Of a stretch of 64,000 nucleotides of DNA, positions 22,784 through 31,709 are shown in pieces (positions within the stretch are counted from its first letter, which is position 1; each line of letters begins with the position of its first letter). The stretch comes from Terrimicrobiaceae bacterium. GTDB lineage: Bacteria; Verrucomicrobiota; Verrucomicrobiia; Chthoniobacterales; Terrimicrobiaceae. Under the pieces are notes generated by a model, which was not told where the DNA came from, made no database searches, and saw nothing but the letters and a program-made list of their open reading frames with translations. Position numbers and translations under genes: made by a program. The stretch is from the NCBI GenBank assembly GCA_041752695.1, contig JBGSVZ010000085.1, positions 32,001 through 96,000 on the forward strand. Reading direction: 5' to 3'.

Positions 22784-23734
22784 TTAGCTCGGCAACGTGC
22801 TGCGCAGGACGACGGAGTTAGCGGCGATGGGTTCCACCAGCGCCCCCTCCTGGATGGCAGGAGCGAGGAAAAAGTCGCCCGGCCGGAATGTCACCCCGGC
22901 GCACTGAACGGAGCCGGTCAGCACATTGTAGATGGCAAAACGGCCGTCCGTGCACGCCGGGATTGCGGACGTGAGGGGAACTTTTTCCACCCGAAAATAC
23001 GGACATTCCGCCAGCACCCCTTCTTCAATGCGGGAGACATCGGGCTCAAAGTCCGCGAAATCCGTCGAAACGAGAGACTCTTCAAGATGCAGCTTGCGGG
23101 GCTGCCCATCGAGGCCGGTGCGGTTCCAATCGAAGACGCGGTAGGTGGTGTCGCTGTTTTGCTGGACCTCGACAATCACATTGCCCTCGCCGATGGCGTG
23201 GAGGCGTCCGCTGGGAATGAAGATGCTCTGACCGTTTTCCACCGGGATCACGTGGAGAGCCTCCTCGACTCGGCCTTCCCGGAGGAGCTTTTCGAAAAGG
23301 GCGCGACTGACCCCTTTTTTGAGACCGGCATAAATCGAGGCTCCGGGCTGGGTATCGGCGAAATACCACATTTCCGTTTTCGGTTCGCCACCGAGACTCG
23401 GGGCAATGGCCGCGGGCGGGTGAACCTGCACAGAAAGGCGGTCGCGGGCGTCGAGGATTTTGATCAGGATGGGAAACCGCGGTGCGGGATGATTGGCGTA
23501 GGCGGAGCCGAAAATTTCGGTCCGGTGTTTCGTCCACAGTTCGTTCAGCGTGGTGCCGCGCAGGGAACCGGCGTGCACCACACTCTGCGCACCCTCCCGG
23601 TCCACCACCTCCCAGGATTCTCCGATGGGCGCTCCGTGCGGAAGAGCCTTGCCGTAGAGGGACTCCAGGCGGCGGCCACCCCAGACGCGCTCCATGGGCA
23701 GGGGTTCAAAAACGATCGGCTGAGAGATGGGCAT
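22784..23734 (-). CDS. manA: Mannose-6-phosphate isomerase, class I
   Basis: RVWGG; IGESWE; LSVQVHP; KTEMWY; EVQQNSDTTYRVFDWNR. Confidence 0.92.
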   Translation of the reverse strand: MPISQPIVFEPLPMERVWGGRRLESLYGKALPHGAPIGESWEVVDREGAQSVVHAGSLRGTTLNELWTKHRTEIFGSAYANHPAPRFPILIKILDARDRLSVQVHPPAAIAPSLGGEPKTEMWYFADTQPGASIYAGLKKGVSRALFEKLLREGRVEEALHVIPVENGQSIFIPSGRLHAIGEGNVIVEVQQNSDTTYRVFDWNRTGLDGQPRKLHLEESLVSTDFADFEPDVSRIEEGVLAECPYFRVEKVPLTSAIPACTDGRFAIYNVLTGSVQCAGVTFRPGDFFLAPAIQEGALVEPIAANSVVLRSTLPS

Positions 23735-23828
23735 CCCTTTTTTTCTCCGAGGACGGCCCGGCCTGCAATCCCTTTTGAGGGTCATGCTTGCCGCCGGGCG
23801 GCAAATTGCGGAGACTTGTCGGTTTTCC

Positions 23829-26255
23829 ATGGCAAACAAAGCGAAACGACGGGGCAAATGGGACGCAGTGATCGGTCTCTCCCTTGCGGGAGCAGCGGTC
23901 CTCCTGGCCGTCGCCCTGTTCACATTCCGTCCCGGTGACCTCCCGAGCTGGGCGTGGCTCATCTATGACGGATCACCGAAAGGCCACATCTTCAACAACC
24001 TGTGCGGCGTCGTGGGAGCCGTCGCCGCCGGATACCTCTATTTCTTTTTCGGGGCGGCTGCCTGGCTCTGGATCATTGTTCTGGCCGGCTACGGCATTGC
24101 CAAACTGACCACCCGGGATTTTTCCCTGCGTGAGCGGGCGGGATGGAGCCTGCTTTTTGTCCTTTCGGGAGCCTGCCTTCTGCAGCTCCAGCCGTGGTTT
24201 TTCGCGGATTGGCGGCAGTTGCAATTTGCGGCCAAGAGCCCGGGCGGATGGCTCGGGTTATACGTCGGCAGGGCCTTCGGCACCCCGCTGGGCGACTTGG
24301 GTGCCCCCATTGTCCTGGGAGCCATCTACGTGATCAGCCTCGTGCTGGCCATCGGATTCCACCCGGTGAATGTCCTGCGCCGGGGCTGGCAGCGGATGAA
24401 AACCCACTTTACCGATCGCGAACGCCGCCGCCTTGAGGCCATGGAGGAAAGCGAACGCATGGAGGCCGAGCGGCTCAAGCTCGCCAAACAGGCCGACAAA
24501 CTCGAACGACAACTCAAGAAAAAACCCGAGCCCACTCCCGCGCCTGTCCCGCAGGAGGATCAACCGGAGCCCGAGATCTTCGACGCCACCGTTCCTCCGG
24601 AAAAACGTCCATCCCTGGCCGAGATCGAACAGGCCCGAAAGAAAAAAACGGAAAGCCGCCCCAACCTTGGCAGCCTGCACCTGGAGAACTACGAACTCCC
24701 GCCGCTGAGCCTGCTCGATCCGATTGACGAAGCCAATCACCGCCCGGCGGATCACGACGAACTCCGGAGCATCCAGAACACCATTCTCGAGACCCTGGCC
24801 CATTTCGGCGTCGAGGCCAGCGCGGGTCCCATCACCCACGGCCCCACCATTACCCGCTACGAGGTGGTGCCAAAAAGTGGCGTGCGGGTGGACCGCATTT
24901 CCGCACTGGAACGCGACATCGCCCGGGCCACCCGGGCCCAGCGCATCAACATCCTCGCCCCCATTCCTGGCAAGGACACGGTCGGCATCGAGATTGCCAA
25001 TGCCAACAAGGTGAAGGTCACCTTGCGTGAACTTCTCGAAACGGAGGACTGGCTGCACTCCGGCGCGAAACTTCCCCTCGCCCTCGGCAAGGATGTTTAT
25101 GGGAAAACCATCATCGCCGACCTCGCCAAAATGCCCCACTGCCTCGTCGCGGGCACCACGGGTTCAGGCAAGAGCGTTTGCATTAATTCCATCATCGCGA
25201 GCCTCCTCTTCCGCTACACGCCGGAGGAACTGCGCTTCATCATGATCGACCCCAAGGTCGTGGAAATGCAGATTTACAACGGTCTTCCGCACCTGGTCAC
25301 CCCGGTCGTCACCGATCCGAAAAAGGTCCTCCTGGCCCTTCGTTGGGTGGTGGATGAAATGGAACTGCGCTACCAGATTTTCGCCAAGGCCGGCGTGCGC
25401 AACGTCACCAGTTTTAACGATCGTCCCCTGCCCAAATCGCAGGCGGAACTGGACGAAGTCGAAAGTGAGAAGCCGGAAGTCGGAAGTGATCCCGAGCTCG
25501 AGCCCGACTCTGAAGAACAAGACCTTCCGCCTTCCGACATCCCACCTCCCAATTCCCCCATCTCCGTGCGTCGGGATGACGAACTCATCATCCCCGACCG
25601 CATGCCCTACATCGTGGTCATTATCGATGAGTTGGCCGACCTCATGCAGACGGCTCCCGCCGACGTGGAAGGAGCCATTGCCCGCATCACTCAAATGGCC
25701 CGCGCCGCCGGCATTCATCTCATTGTCGCCACGCAGACCCCCCGCGCCGACGTGGTCACGGGCATCATCAAAGCCAACATCCCAAGCCGTATCGCCTTCC
25801 AGGTGGCCTCCGGTTTGGACAGCCGCGTCATCCTGGATCAAAAGGGCGCCGAGAAGCTCCTCGGCCAGGGCGACATGCTCTACCTTCCCCCGGCGAGCTC
25901 CCAACTCCTGCGCTCCCAGGGCGTGTTGGTCACCGACGAGGAAATCCGCGTGCTGGTGGAATTTGTTTCGAAACAGGCGCAACCGAAATTCGAATCCAGC
26001 ATCCACGAAAAACTCAACAGCGATGCCACTCAGGAAGAAGACGTCACCGACGAGGACGAGGAACTCGTGCAGAAGGTTCTCGATATCATGCGCCAGGAAC
26101 GCCGTGCCTCCACCTCGCTCTTTCAGCGCCGCCTGCGCCTCGGCTACACCCGCGCCGCCCGCATCGTGGACATCCTCGAACAACGCGGCATCGTCGGCCC
26201 CCGCGACGGTGCCAAAGACCGGGAGATCCTCGTCAGCCTGGAAGCTTTGGAGTGA
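23829..26255 (+). CDS. ftsK: DNA translocase FtsK
   Basis: N-terminal 4TM region; AGTTGSGKS; VIIDELADLM; gamma domain STSLFQRRLRLGYTRAARI. Confidence 0.97.
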   Translation: MANKAKRRGKWDAVIGLSLAGAAVLLAVALFTFRPGDLPSWAWLIYDGSPKGHIFNNLCGVVGAVAAGYLYFFFGAAAWLWIIVLAGYGIAKLTTRDFSLRERAGWSLLFVLSGACLLQLQPWFFADWRQLQFAAKSPGGWLGLYVGRAFGTPLGDLGAPIVLGAIYVISLVLAIGFHPVNVLRRGWQRMKTHFTDRERRRLEAMEESERMEAERLKLAKQADKLERQLKKKPEPTPAPVPQEDQPEPEIFDATVPPEKRPSLAEIEQARKKKTESRPNLGSLHLENYELPPLSLLDPIDEANHRPADHDELRSIQNTILETLAHFGVEASAGPITHGPTITRYEVVPKSGVRVDRISALERDIARATRAQRINILAPIPGKDTVGIEIANANKVKVTLRELLETEDWLHSGAKLPLALGKDVYGKTIIADLAKMPHCLVAGTTGSGKSVCINSIIASLLFRYTPEELRFIMIDPKVVEMQIYNGLPHLVTPVVTDPKKVLLALRWVVDEMELRYQIFAKAGVRNVTSFNDRPLPKSQAELDEVESEKPEVGSDPELEPDSEEQDLPPSDIPPPNSPISVRRDDELIIPDRMPYIVVIIDELADLMQTAPADVEGAIARITQMARAAGIHLIVATQTPRADVVTGIIKANIPSRIAFQVASGLDSRVILDQKGAEKLLGQGDMLYLPPASSQLLRSQGVLVTDEEIRVLVEFVSKQAQPKFESSIHEKLNSDATQEEDVTDEDEELVQKVLDIMRQERRASTSLFQRRLRLGYTRAARIVDILEQRGIVGPRDGAKDREILVSLEALE
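25455..25556. repeat. Inverted pair of heptamer arrays in-frame within ftsK
   Basis: GAAGTCG AAAGTGA GAAGCCG GAAGTCG GAAGTGA (25455-25489) and ACCTTCC GCCTTCC GACATCC CACCTCC CAATTCC (25522-25556). Confidence 0.7.
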
Positions 26256-26344
26256 GGATCGATCCCTTCTGGGAAAAATCTGTGTTTGCCTCGGCGATAC
26301 GTCGAGAATAGGTTCCCGGAGAGAGACGACTGCTTCTGGATGCC

Positions 26345-27367
26345 ATGAAACTTCCCCTCCCTTCCCTGCTGTCCAAGGCTCTTTCGGTCCTAAGTCTGGC
26401 CGCGGTGGTTATTCTGACCACCGGCTGCCCGGAGGAGGGCGGGGGTGATCCCACCCCCACTCCCACTCCCACCCCGTCGCCGACGCCATTTCCCACTCCA
26501 ACGCCGACCCCGACCCCCAGTTCTTCCGCATCCGCCACTTCCGAGGAGGTCGTTCTTACCACCGCCCGAATGGTGGCAGCAGCCACGGAAGACAGTGACG
26601 GCCAGCTTCTTGCCACCAGTGAATCCCTCGAAACCGGGGAGCTCACTACGGACGATCTCACTCGCGCGCAGGCTCTTCTGGAAAGTGCCCGGGAGGCTTT
26701 TTCCCTCGTTGAGATGTCGCTGTTTTACACCGACCCGCAAAACCCTGAAGAACAGGAATCCCTGCCGTCCACGCTCGCCTCGCGCCAGCCTTCCCTTACT
26801 CTGCCTGGATTTGATGACCTTGCCGCACAACTCTCCCAGCGCGTGTCGGGCGAAACCTTTCCGTCCAACGCCGATCTCCTTGAGTCGGTAAATCTCCTCC
26901 GCGGTGAGGTCGAACTTCTCGAAACCTCCTGGAGCTCCGATTCCGCAGGCAACTTCCGCAACGCCATTTTCCTGCGTGACAAGGAAGCCCCAGCCAGAAT
27001 CCTGCAAGGCGCTGTCGCCACCACCGACTTCCTCATTCTCGCCAGCCTTCTGCCGGAGAAACAGTTCCAGATTCCATCCCGTCTTCGGTCGCTGCGAAAT
27101 GTTTTGGACGGCACCTACACAAATAGCGAAGGCACGGTCATCTCCGGCTCCGGCCTCCTCTCGCTTATTGCCCAAACGGATCCGCGGCGGGCCAGACGCA
27201 TCCAGGAAAACCTGGACGCTTTGATTCAGCCCTACGAACAGTCCGGCGAAACTCCGTCCCCAGCGTCGTCCATCGCTTTTGAAACTCTGCGCGATGACCT
27301 CCTCGCTGCCGCACGCCGCATGGGCTATCGCATCGAACCTCTCTGCGACTTACCCCGCTCGGAATAG
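26345..27367 (+). CDS. Lipoprotein with a Pro/Thr linker and a degenerate imelysin-like domain
   Basis: LTTGC lipobox; (PT)n linker; SLRNVLDGTYTNSEGTVISGSGLLSLIAQTDP resembles the imelysin/IrpA C-terminal segment. Confidence 0.6.
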   Translation: MKLPLPSLLSKALSVLSLAAVVILTTGCPEEGGGDPTPTPTPTPSPTPFPTPTPTPTPSSSASATSEEVVLTTARMVAAATEDSDGQLLATSESLETGELTTDDLTRAQALLESAREAFSLVEMSLFYTDPQNPEEQESLPSTLASRQPSLTLPGFDDLAAQLSQRVSGETFPSNADLLESVNLLRGEVELLETSWSSDSAGNFRNAIFLRDKEAPARILQGAVATTDFLILASLLPEKQFQIPSRLRSLRNVLDGTYTNSEGTVISGSGLLSLIAQTDPRRARRIQENLDALIQPYEQSGETPSPASSIAFETLRDDLLAAARRMGYRIEPLCDLPRSE

Positions 27368-27384
27368 CGGGTTCCCCCTTCCAG

Positions 27385-28485
27385 CTACCCGAAGAGTCCG
27401 CGCTTTTTCCCGTCGCGCATCAGGCTTTCCAGGCGCCCTTTGTCGCGGGCGTGGGCCACACAATCCTCTTTGCTGATCTGCCGGTCGAGGTAGAGGGCGG
27501 CGAGCGATTCGTCAAACGAGTGCATGCCTTCGCGGGCACCAATCTCGATGATGCCGACGAGTTGCTCCCACTTTTTGTCGCGAATCACGGCACGCACCGC
27601 GATGTTGGAAACAATCACCTCCGAGGCGAGCACGCGGCCCTTGGCATTTTCCCGGGGAATGAGGCGCTGCGAGATAATGCCTTTCAGGCTGTTGGCCAGT
27701 TGCGCGATGATCTGGGGCTGTTGATCGCCCGGAAAGACATCCACCATGCGGGTGAAGGCCCCGGGCGCGTCCATGGTGTGCAGACTGCCCAGCACCAGAT
27801 GCCCCGTCTCCGCCGCAGTCACGGCGGCGGCGATGGTTTCCATGTCGCGCATTTCGCCCACCAAGATCACATCGGGATCCTGACGAAGCCCATGCCGCAG
27901 GGCCGCGGCAAACGAATGGGTGTCGCTGCCAACCTCGCGCTGCTTGATGATGCTGCGGGCATTGCGGAAGACAAATTCCACCGGATCTTCAATCGTCACG
28001 ATCACCCCCGCGCGGCGTTCGCTGATGTATTTGATCATCGCGGCCAGGGTGGTGCTTTTTCCGGAACCCGTGGTCCCGGTGACAATGACCAGGCCGCTGT
28101 CCAGTTCGCAGAGTTTGGGAACGATCTCGCGATGGCCGATGGTGAGAAGCTCCGGCACTTCCTCCGGGATAAAACGAAACGCGGCCTCCAGCGCCCCGCG
28201 CGCGAAATGAGCATTACCGCGAAAGCGCCCGAGTTTTTCGACCTGAATGGCAAAATCCAACTCCCAGTTTTCCTCCAGCCTGGCCCGCTGGTGTTCGCTC
28301 AACAAACTGAAGACCAGATCACGCGTCATCTCCGGGTCGAGCGGCCGGTCCAGGATGGGCGTGAGCGAACCATCCAACCGGATCATCGGCGGGGCATCGG
28401 CCGCAATGTGCAGGTCGGACGCGCCGCGGCTGACAGTCTCGCGCAGCAGTTCGAGGATATCGGGCGGAGGAGGAGGGAGATCCAT
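27385..28485 (-). CDS. pilT: PilT/PilU family pilus retraction ATPase
   Basis: ASDLHI; GTTGSGKSTT; TIEDPVE; LRQDPDVILVGEMRD; AAETGHL. Confidence 0.92.
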   Translation of the reverse strand: MDLPPPPPDILELLRETVSRGASDLHIAADAPPMIRLDGSLTPILDRPLDPEMTRDLVFSLLSEHQRARLEENWELDFAIQVEKLGRFRGNAHFARGALEAAFRFIPEEVPELLTIGHREIVPKLCELDSGLVIVTGTTGSGKSTTLAAMIKYISERRAGVIVTIEDPVEFVFRNARSIIKQREVGSDTHSFAAALRHGLRQDPDVILVGEMRDMETIAAAVTAAETGHLVLGSLHTMDAPGAFTRMVDVFPGDQQPQIIAQLANSLKGIISQRLIPRENAKGRVLASEVIVSNIAVRAVIRDKKWEQLVGIIEIGAREGMHSFDESLAALYLDRQISKEDCVAHARDKGRLESLMRDGKKRGLFG

Positions 28486-28488
28486 GAC

Positions 28489-29568
28489 TCAACGCCGGTT
28501 CGAGTGGGTGGAGGAACTGATGCCGCGCAGGGCCCGGCGCAGTTCCTGCGGATTGTCGCTGGAGGCCATGGCGGTCTCTTCGCTGATGCGTCCCGCCTTC
28601 ACCAGACTAACCAACGAGGTAATGAACTGCGCCGCGGAACGCCCGTCGCCACGCGCCAGAAGGTCCTGGAGTTCGGTGAGCCGTCCCTCATCGATGTATT
28701 TGCGCGCCGCCGCGATGTTCGTAAAAAACTCAATCGCGAGGGCAAGCCCTCCATCCGTGGCGGGAAGCAGCCGCTGGCACATGATGCCCAGAAGTTGCGC
28801 CGAAAGCGTGCGCCGCACCGACTCGTGGTCCGTGGTGGGAAAAAAGAGCTGCATCCGTTCCACCGCCTCCGAACACGTGGAAGAATGCAACGTGGCCAGA
28901 ACGAGGTGTCCCGTCTCCGCCGCCTGGATGGCGGTCTGCGCGGTGAGGGAGTCCCGGATTTCCCCCAAAAAAATCACGTCGGGATTCTGGCGCAGCGAGC
29001 GACGCAACCCCTCGGCAAACGTGGGCGTGTCGATACCCACTTCACGCTGGGTAAAAAGGCACTGCCGGGGCGTGAAAATGTATTCGACCGGGTCCTCAAT
29101 CGTCACGACGTGGCGGATGAAATTCTGATTCGCCCACTCCAGCATGGCGGCCATGGTCGTGCTCTTGCCGGATCCCGTGGGACCGCACACCAGCACGATT
29201 CCGGCCTTGCGCCCCATCCAGTCGCGCAGGAGGTCGGCGGGGAGACCGAGATTTTCCAGATTCGGAATGTCACTGCGGATGCGCCGCAATACCGCCGCGC
29301 GCCGACCGAGCTGGCGGAGCAGATTCACGCGAAACCGGGATCCGGCAGGCGTGGTAAGGCTGGTGTCGAAATCCTGCTGTTCCACCGGCACCTCACACGC
29401 TTTCCACAAAGCATCAAAAAACTCGGAGGTCAGCGGCGGAAAATCGAGGACAGTGAGATTGCCGTTGATCCGCAACTGGGGCGGTCGACCTTCATGAAGC
29501 AGGAGATCCGAGGCGCCATACTCGACGGCCGCGGCGCAGAGCGTTTCCATTTCCGGGGAGAGGGGCAT
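28489..29568 (-). CDS. PilT/PilU family ATPase (second paralogue)
   Basis: GPTGSGKSTT; TIEDPVEY; LRQNPDVIFLGEIRD; AAETGHLVLATLH. Confidence 0.9.
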   Translation of the reverse strand: MPLSPEMETLCAAAVEYGASDLLLHEGRPPQLRINGNLTVLDFPPLTSEFFDALWKACEVPVEQQDFDTSLTTPAGSRFRVNLLRQLGRRAAVLRRIRSDIPNLENLGLPADLLRDWMGRKAGIVLVCGPTGSGKSTTMAAMLEWANQNFIRHVVTIEDPVEYIFTPRQCLFTQREVGIDTPTFAEGLRRSLRQNPDVIFLGEIRDSLTAQTAIQAAETGHLVLATLHSSTCSEAVERMQLFFPTTDHESVRRTLSAQLLGIMCQRLLPATDGGLALAIEFFTNIAAARKYIDEGRLTELQDLLARGDGRSAAQFITSLVSLVKAGRISEETAMASSDNPQELRRALRGISSSTHSNRR

Positions 29569-29722
29569 GACGAAAAAGCTTCTTCGAGGGTCCGCCGCGC
29601 AAAGTCAATCCCCGAGCGGGAATTTGATCACCCCAGGCACCCCGAAAATCAAGCGCAGTAGATCAACCTGCGCGCGGATTCAGTTCGAGAAAACGCGATT
29701 TCGCCCCAACAAAAGATGGAAA

Positions 29723-30388
29723 TTATGGGGCCGACGCCATCCGCCGTCGGGAACGTCGTCCGAGCAATACCGGCAGCGCCGCCGCGACCAGAAAAATCGA
29801 GGAAGGTTCGGGCACCGGACTGAAGGAGAACGAAGTGCCATCGACGAAAAACGACTGGTCGGCGGCACCGAAAAAGATGGTGACGCCATTGAGAGCAGAT
29901 CCAAAGCCCGGCACATAACCGGTGAACTGCGTGATATCGAGCGTGAAAACCGTTTCGGTCGTCACCGGGCCAAGTTGGAGCCCGCCGGAAATCTGTCCCA
30001 AGGTATTGTCGTTGAGAAGCAAACCCAGCACGGGTGTTCCTTCAACGAGGTCTGCGGAGAACTGGAAAAAGGTGTCCGACCCGAGGTCGACCAGAAACCC
30101 GAGATACTCGACCTGGGCGTTGGCCGATCCACTCCCCGGCCCATTGGCATCGACGACAAAAGCACCGTCCAGGACCTCGCTGACGATGGAAAACGTTCCC
30201 GCGGCCTCCACGCTGATCTGCCGGTCGACTTCGGTACCGTCAATATTGAACGTGATGACCGAATTCGGCGGATCCGGAAAGGTCACCGCCCCGGTATCAT
30301 CCAGGAACCCATCGAGCAAAAACTGGGCCGACGCGCCGGTCGGCGCGAGGACCAGAACCGTGATCACCGCAGCAAGGAACGCTTTCAC
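29723..30388 (-). CDS. PEP-CTERM sorting domain protein
   Basis: GTG start, signal peptide; C-terminal VPEPSSIFLVAAALPVLLGRRSRRR. Confidence 0.88.
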   Translation of the reverse strand: MKAFLAAVITVLVLAPTGASAQFLLDGFLDDTGAVTFPDPPNSVITFNIDGTEVDRQISVEAAGTFSIVSEVLDGAFVVDANGPGSGSANAQVEYLGFLVDLGSDTFFQFSADLVEGTPVLGLLLNDNTLGQISGGLQLGPVTTETVFTLDITQFTGYVPGFGSALNGVTIFFGAADQSFFVDGTSFSFSPVPEPSSIFLVAAALPVLLGRRSRRRMASAP

Positions 30389-30628
30389 GCTGGCACGGTA
30401 GCTGCCGCCGGAAAAATGTCAAAATCCCCGCCCAAGGAAAACCTGACTTCCCCGCGGCAAAACCAACGTCGGCAACGACCAACTGGGCATCTTTTTTCGA
30501 GTAACCGACCGACGTCCGGGAAGACACGACCGGCGCGCTGACCGCGATCGCCAAGTCGATCCAGGCGGCGGAACAGGCCGGCGGCGGTATGGCTTGCAGC
30601 CGGAATGCGGGCCCGGTAGCCTTCCTAT

Positions 30629-31678
30629 ATGACTTATCGCTCTTGGCCCAGTGTCATTCTGGTTTTTGTCATGTCGGCGGTAGCCGGCCAGTCGCAGCTC
30701 CGCGCCGCCACCTACACCTTCAGCCACGGCATCGAGCCCCGGCAGCAGTGGAATGAGAATTCCGGCTACTGCGGGGAAACCAGCTTCATCAGCGCGGGTC
30801 TGCACTTCGGCCAGTATTGTTCGCAATTCACTGCCCGCAGTGTCGCCTCGCCGGGCGCGAATCAGACGGATTCGTCCAGTCAGCTCCTGCTGGGGGCCAA
30901 TGACACCGCCGCGGCCCAAGTCATGCGGCTCGCCGCCACGCCATTCCCCAACCGCGGCCAGTGGTCCCCGCGGGAGTTTTTGGAATGGGTGAAAAGGCAG
31001 ACCCTCGCCGGCGAGGTCGTCATCATCGGCGTCTTCAACAACGGGATTATCCTGGAGGAGTGGACCAACCGCACCGGTGGCGACAAGTCCTACGACCACA
31101 TCGTTCCCGTGCTGGAATGGGGATCCGACTCTCCGCTCGACCAGCTGCGGTACTTTCCCAGCGATGTGATAACCATCAGCGACAACGGCCTTTACGGTCC
31201 GGTCGGCACGCCGCCCGAGTTTCCGTTTCTGTTCCCCTACCTTCTGCGGGATTTCCCCGGCAACCGGATTCAGGCCAACGATCCGAGCGGACCCCTCTAC
31301 ATGCTGAAAGACACGCCGAAAAACTACGGCATCGCCATTTCCGGGGTTCTGGACCCCGGGGGAGTCACCATTCCCGTCCGGCTCACGGCCAGCCAAAACG
31401 GCGAACCCGAAATTGCGCACAAAAGCAACGTCCCACCCGTCGCGGAGCCCCTTCAGCTTACCGCTACAGTGACCCTTCCCGACCAAAGCGTGGCCTACAA
31501 ACTTTATTTGTACGACAATTTTGTCAATGTCCCCACCTCCGACTTCAACGGCTCGGCCAGCCTTGCCGTGGAATCTTGGACGATTCCCGCCAACTCGGGC
31601 CCGACGTTCACAGTGGAGTACGAAGGCCTGACGAGCGACACCGTTATATTCCGGGCGGTTCGGGCGGATGCGCCATGA
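30629..31678 (+). CDS. Secreted hypothetical protein, possible papain-like (C39-like) cysteine peptidase
   Basis: Signal peptide; QW..NSGYCGETS, YDHIVPV and ISDNG in Cys-His-Asp order. Function is inferred. Confidence 0.6.
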   Translation: MTYRSWPSVILVFVMSAVAGQSQLRAATYTFSHGIEPRQQWNENSGYCGETSFISAGLHFGQYCSQFTARSVASPGANQTDSSSQLLLGANDTAAAQVMRLAATPFPNRGQWSPREFLEWVKRQTLAGEVVIIGVFNNGIILEEWTNRTGGDKSYDHIVPVLEWGSDSPLDQLRYFPSDVITISDNGLYGPVGTPPEFPFLFPYLLRDFPGNRIQANDPSGPLYMLKDTPKNYGIAISGVLDPGGVTIPVRLTASQNGEPEIAHKSNVPPVAEPLQLTATVTLPDQSVAYKLYLYDNFVNVPTSDFNGSASLAVESWTIPANSGPTFTVEYEGLTSDTVIFRAVRADAP

Positions 31679-31709
31679 CACCGGTCGGTGAATGGGGGTG
31701 TGAATGAAC

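Noticed and set aside
26450..26520. CCCACT/CCGACC-type tandem repeats
   Set aside because: Period is a multiple of 3 and simply encodes a (Pro-Thr)n linker; the same is seen near 38815-38850.
27385..29568. Tandem PilT-family ATPases as a secretion or conjugation island
   Set aside because: An ordinary pilT/pilU-type pair with no adjacent pilin, secretin or mobility genes.
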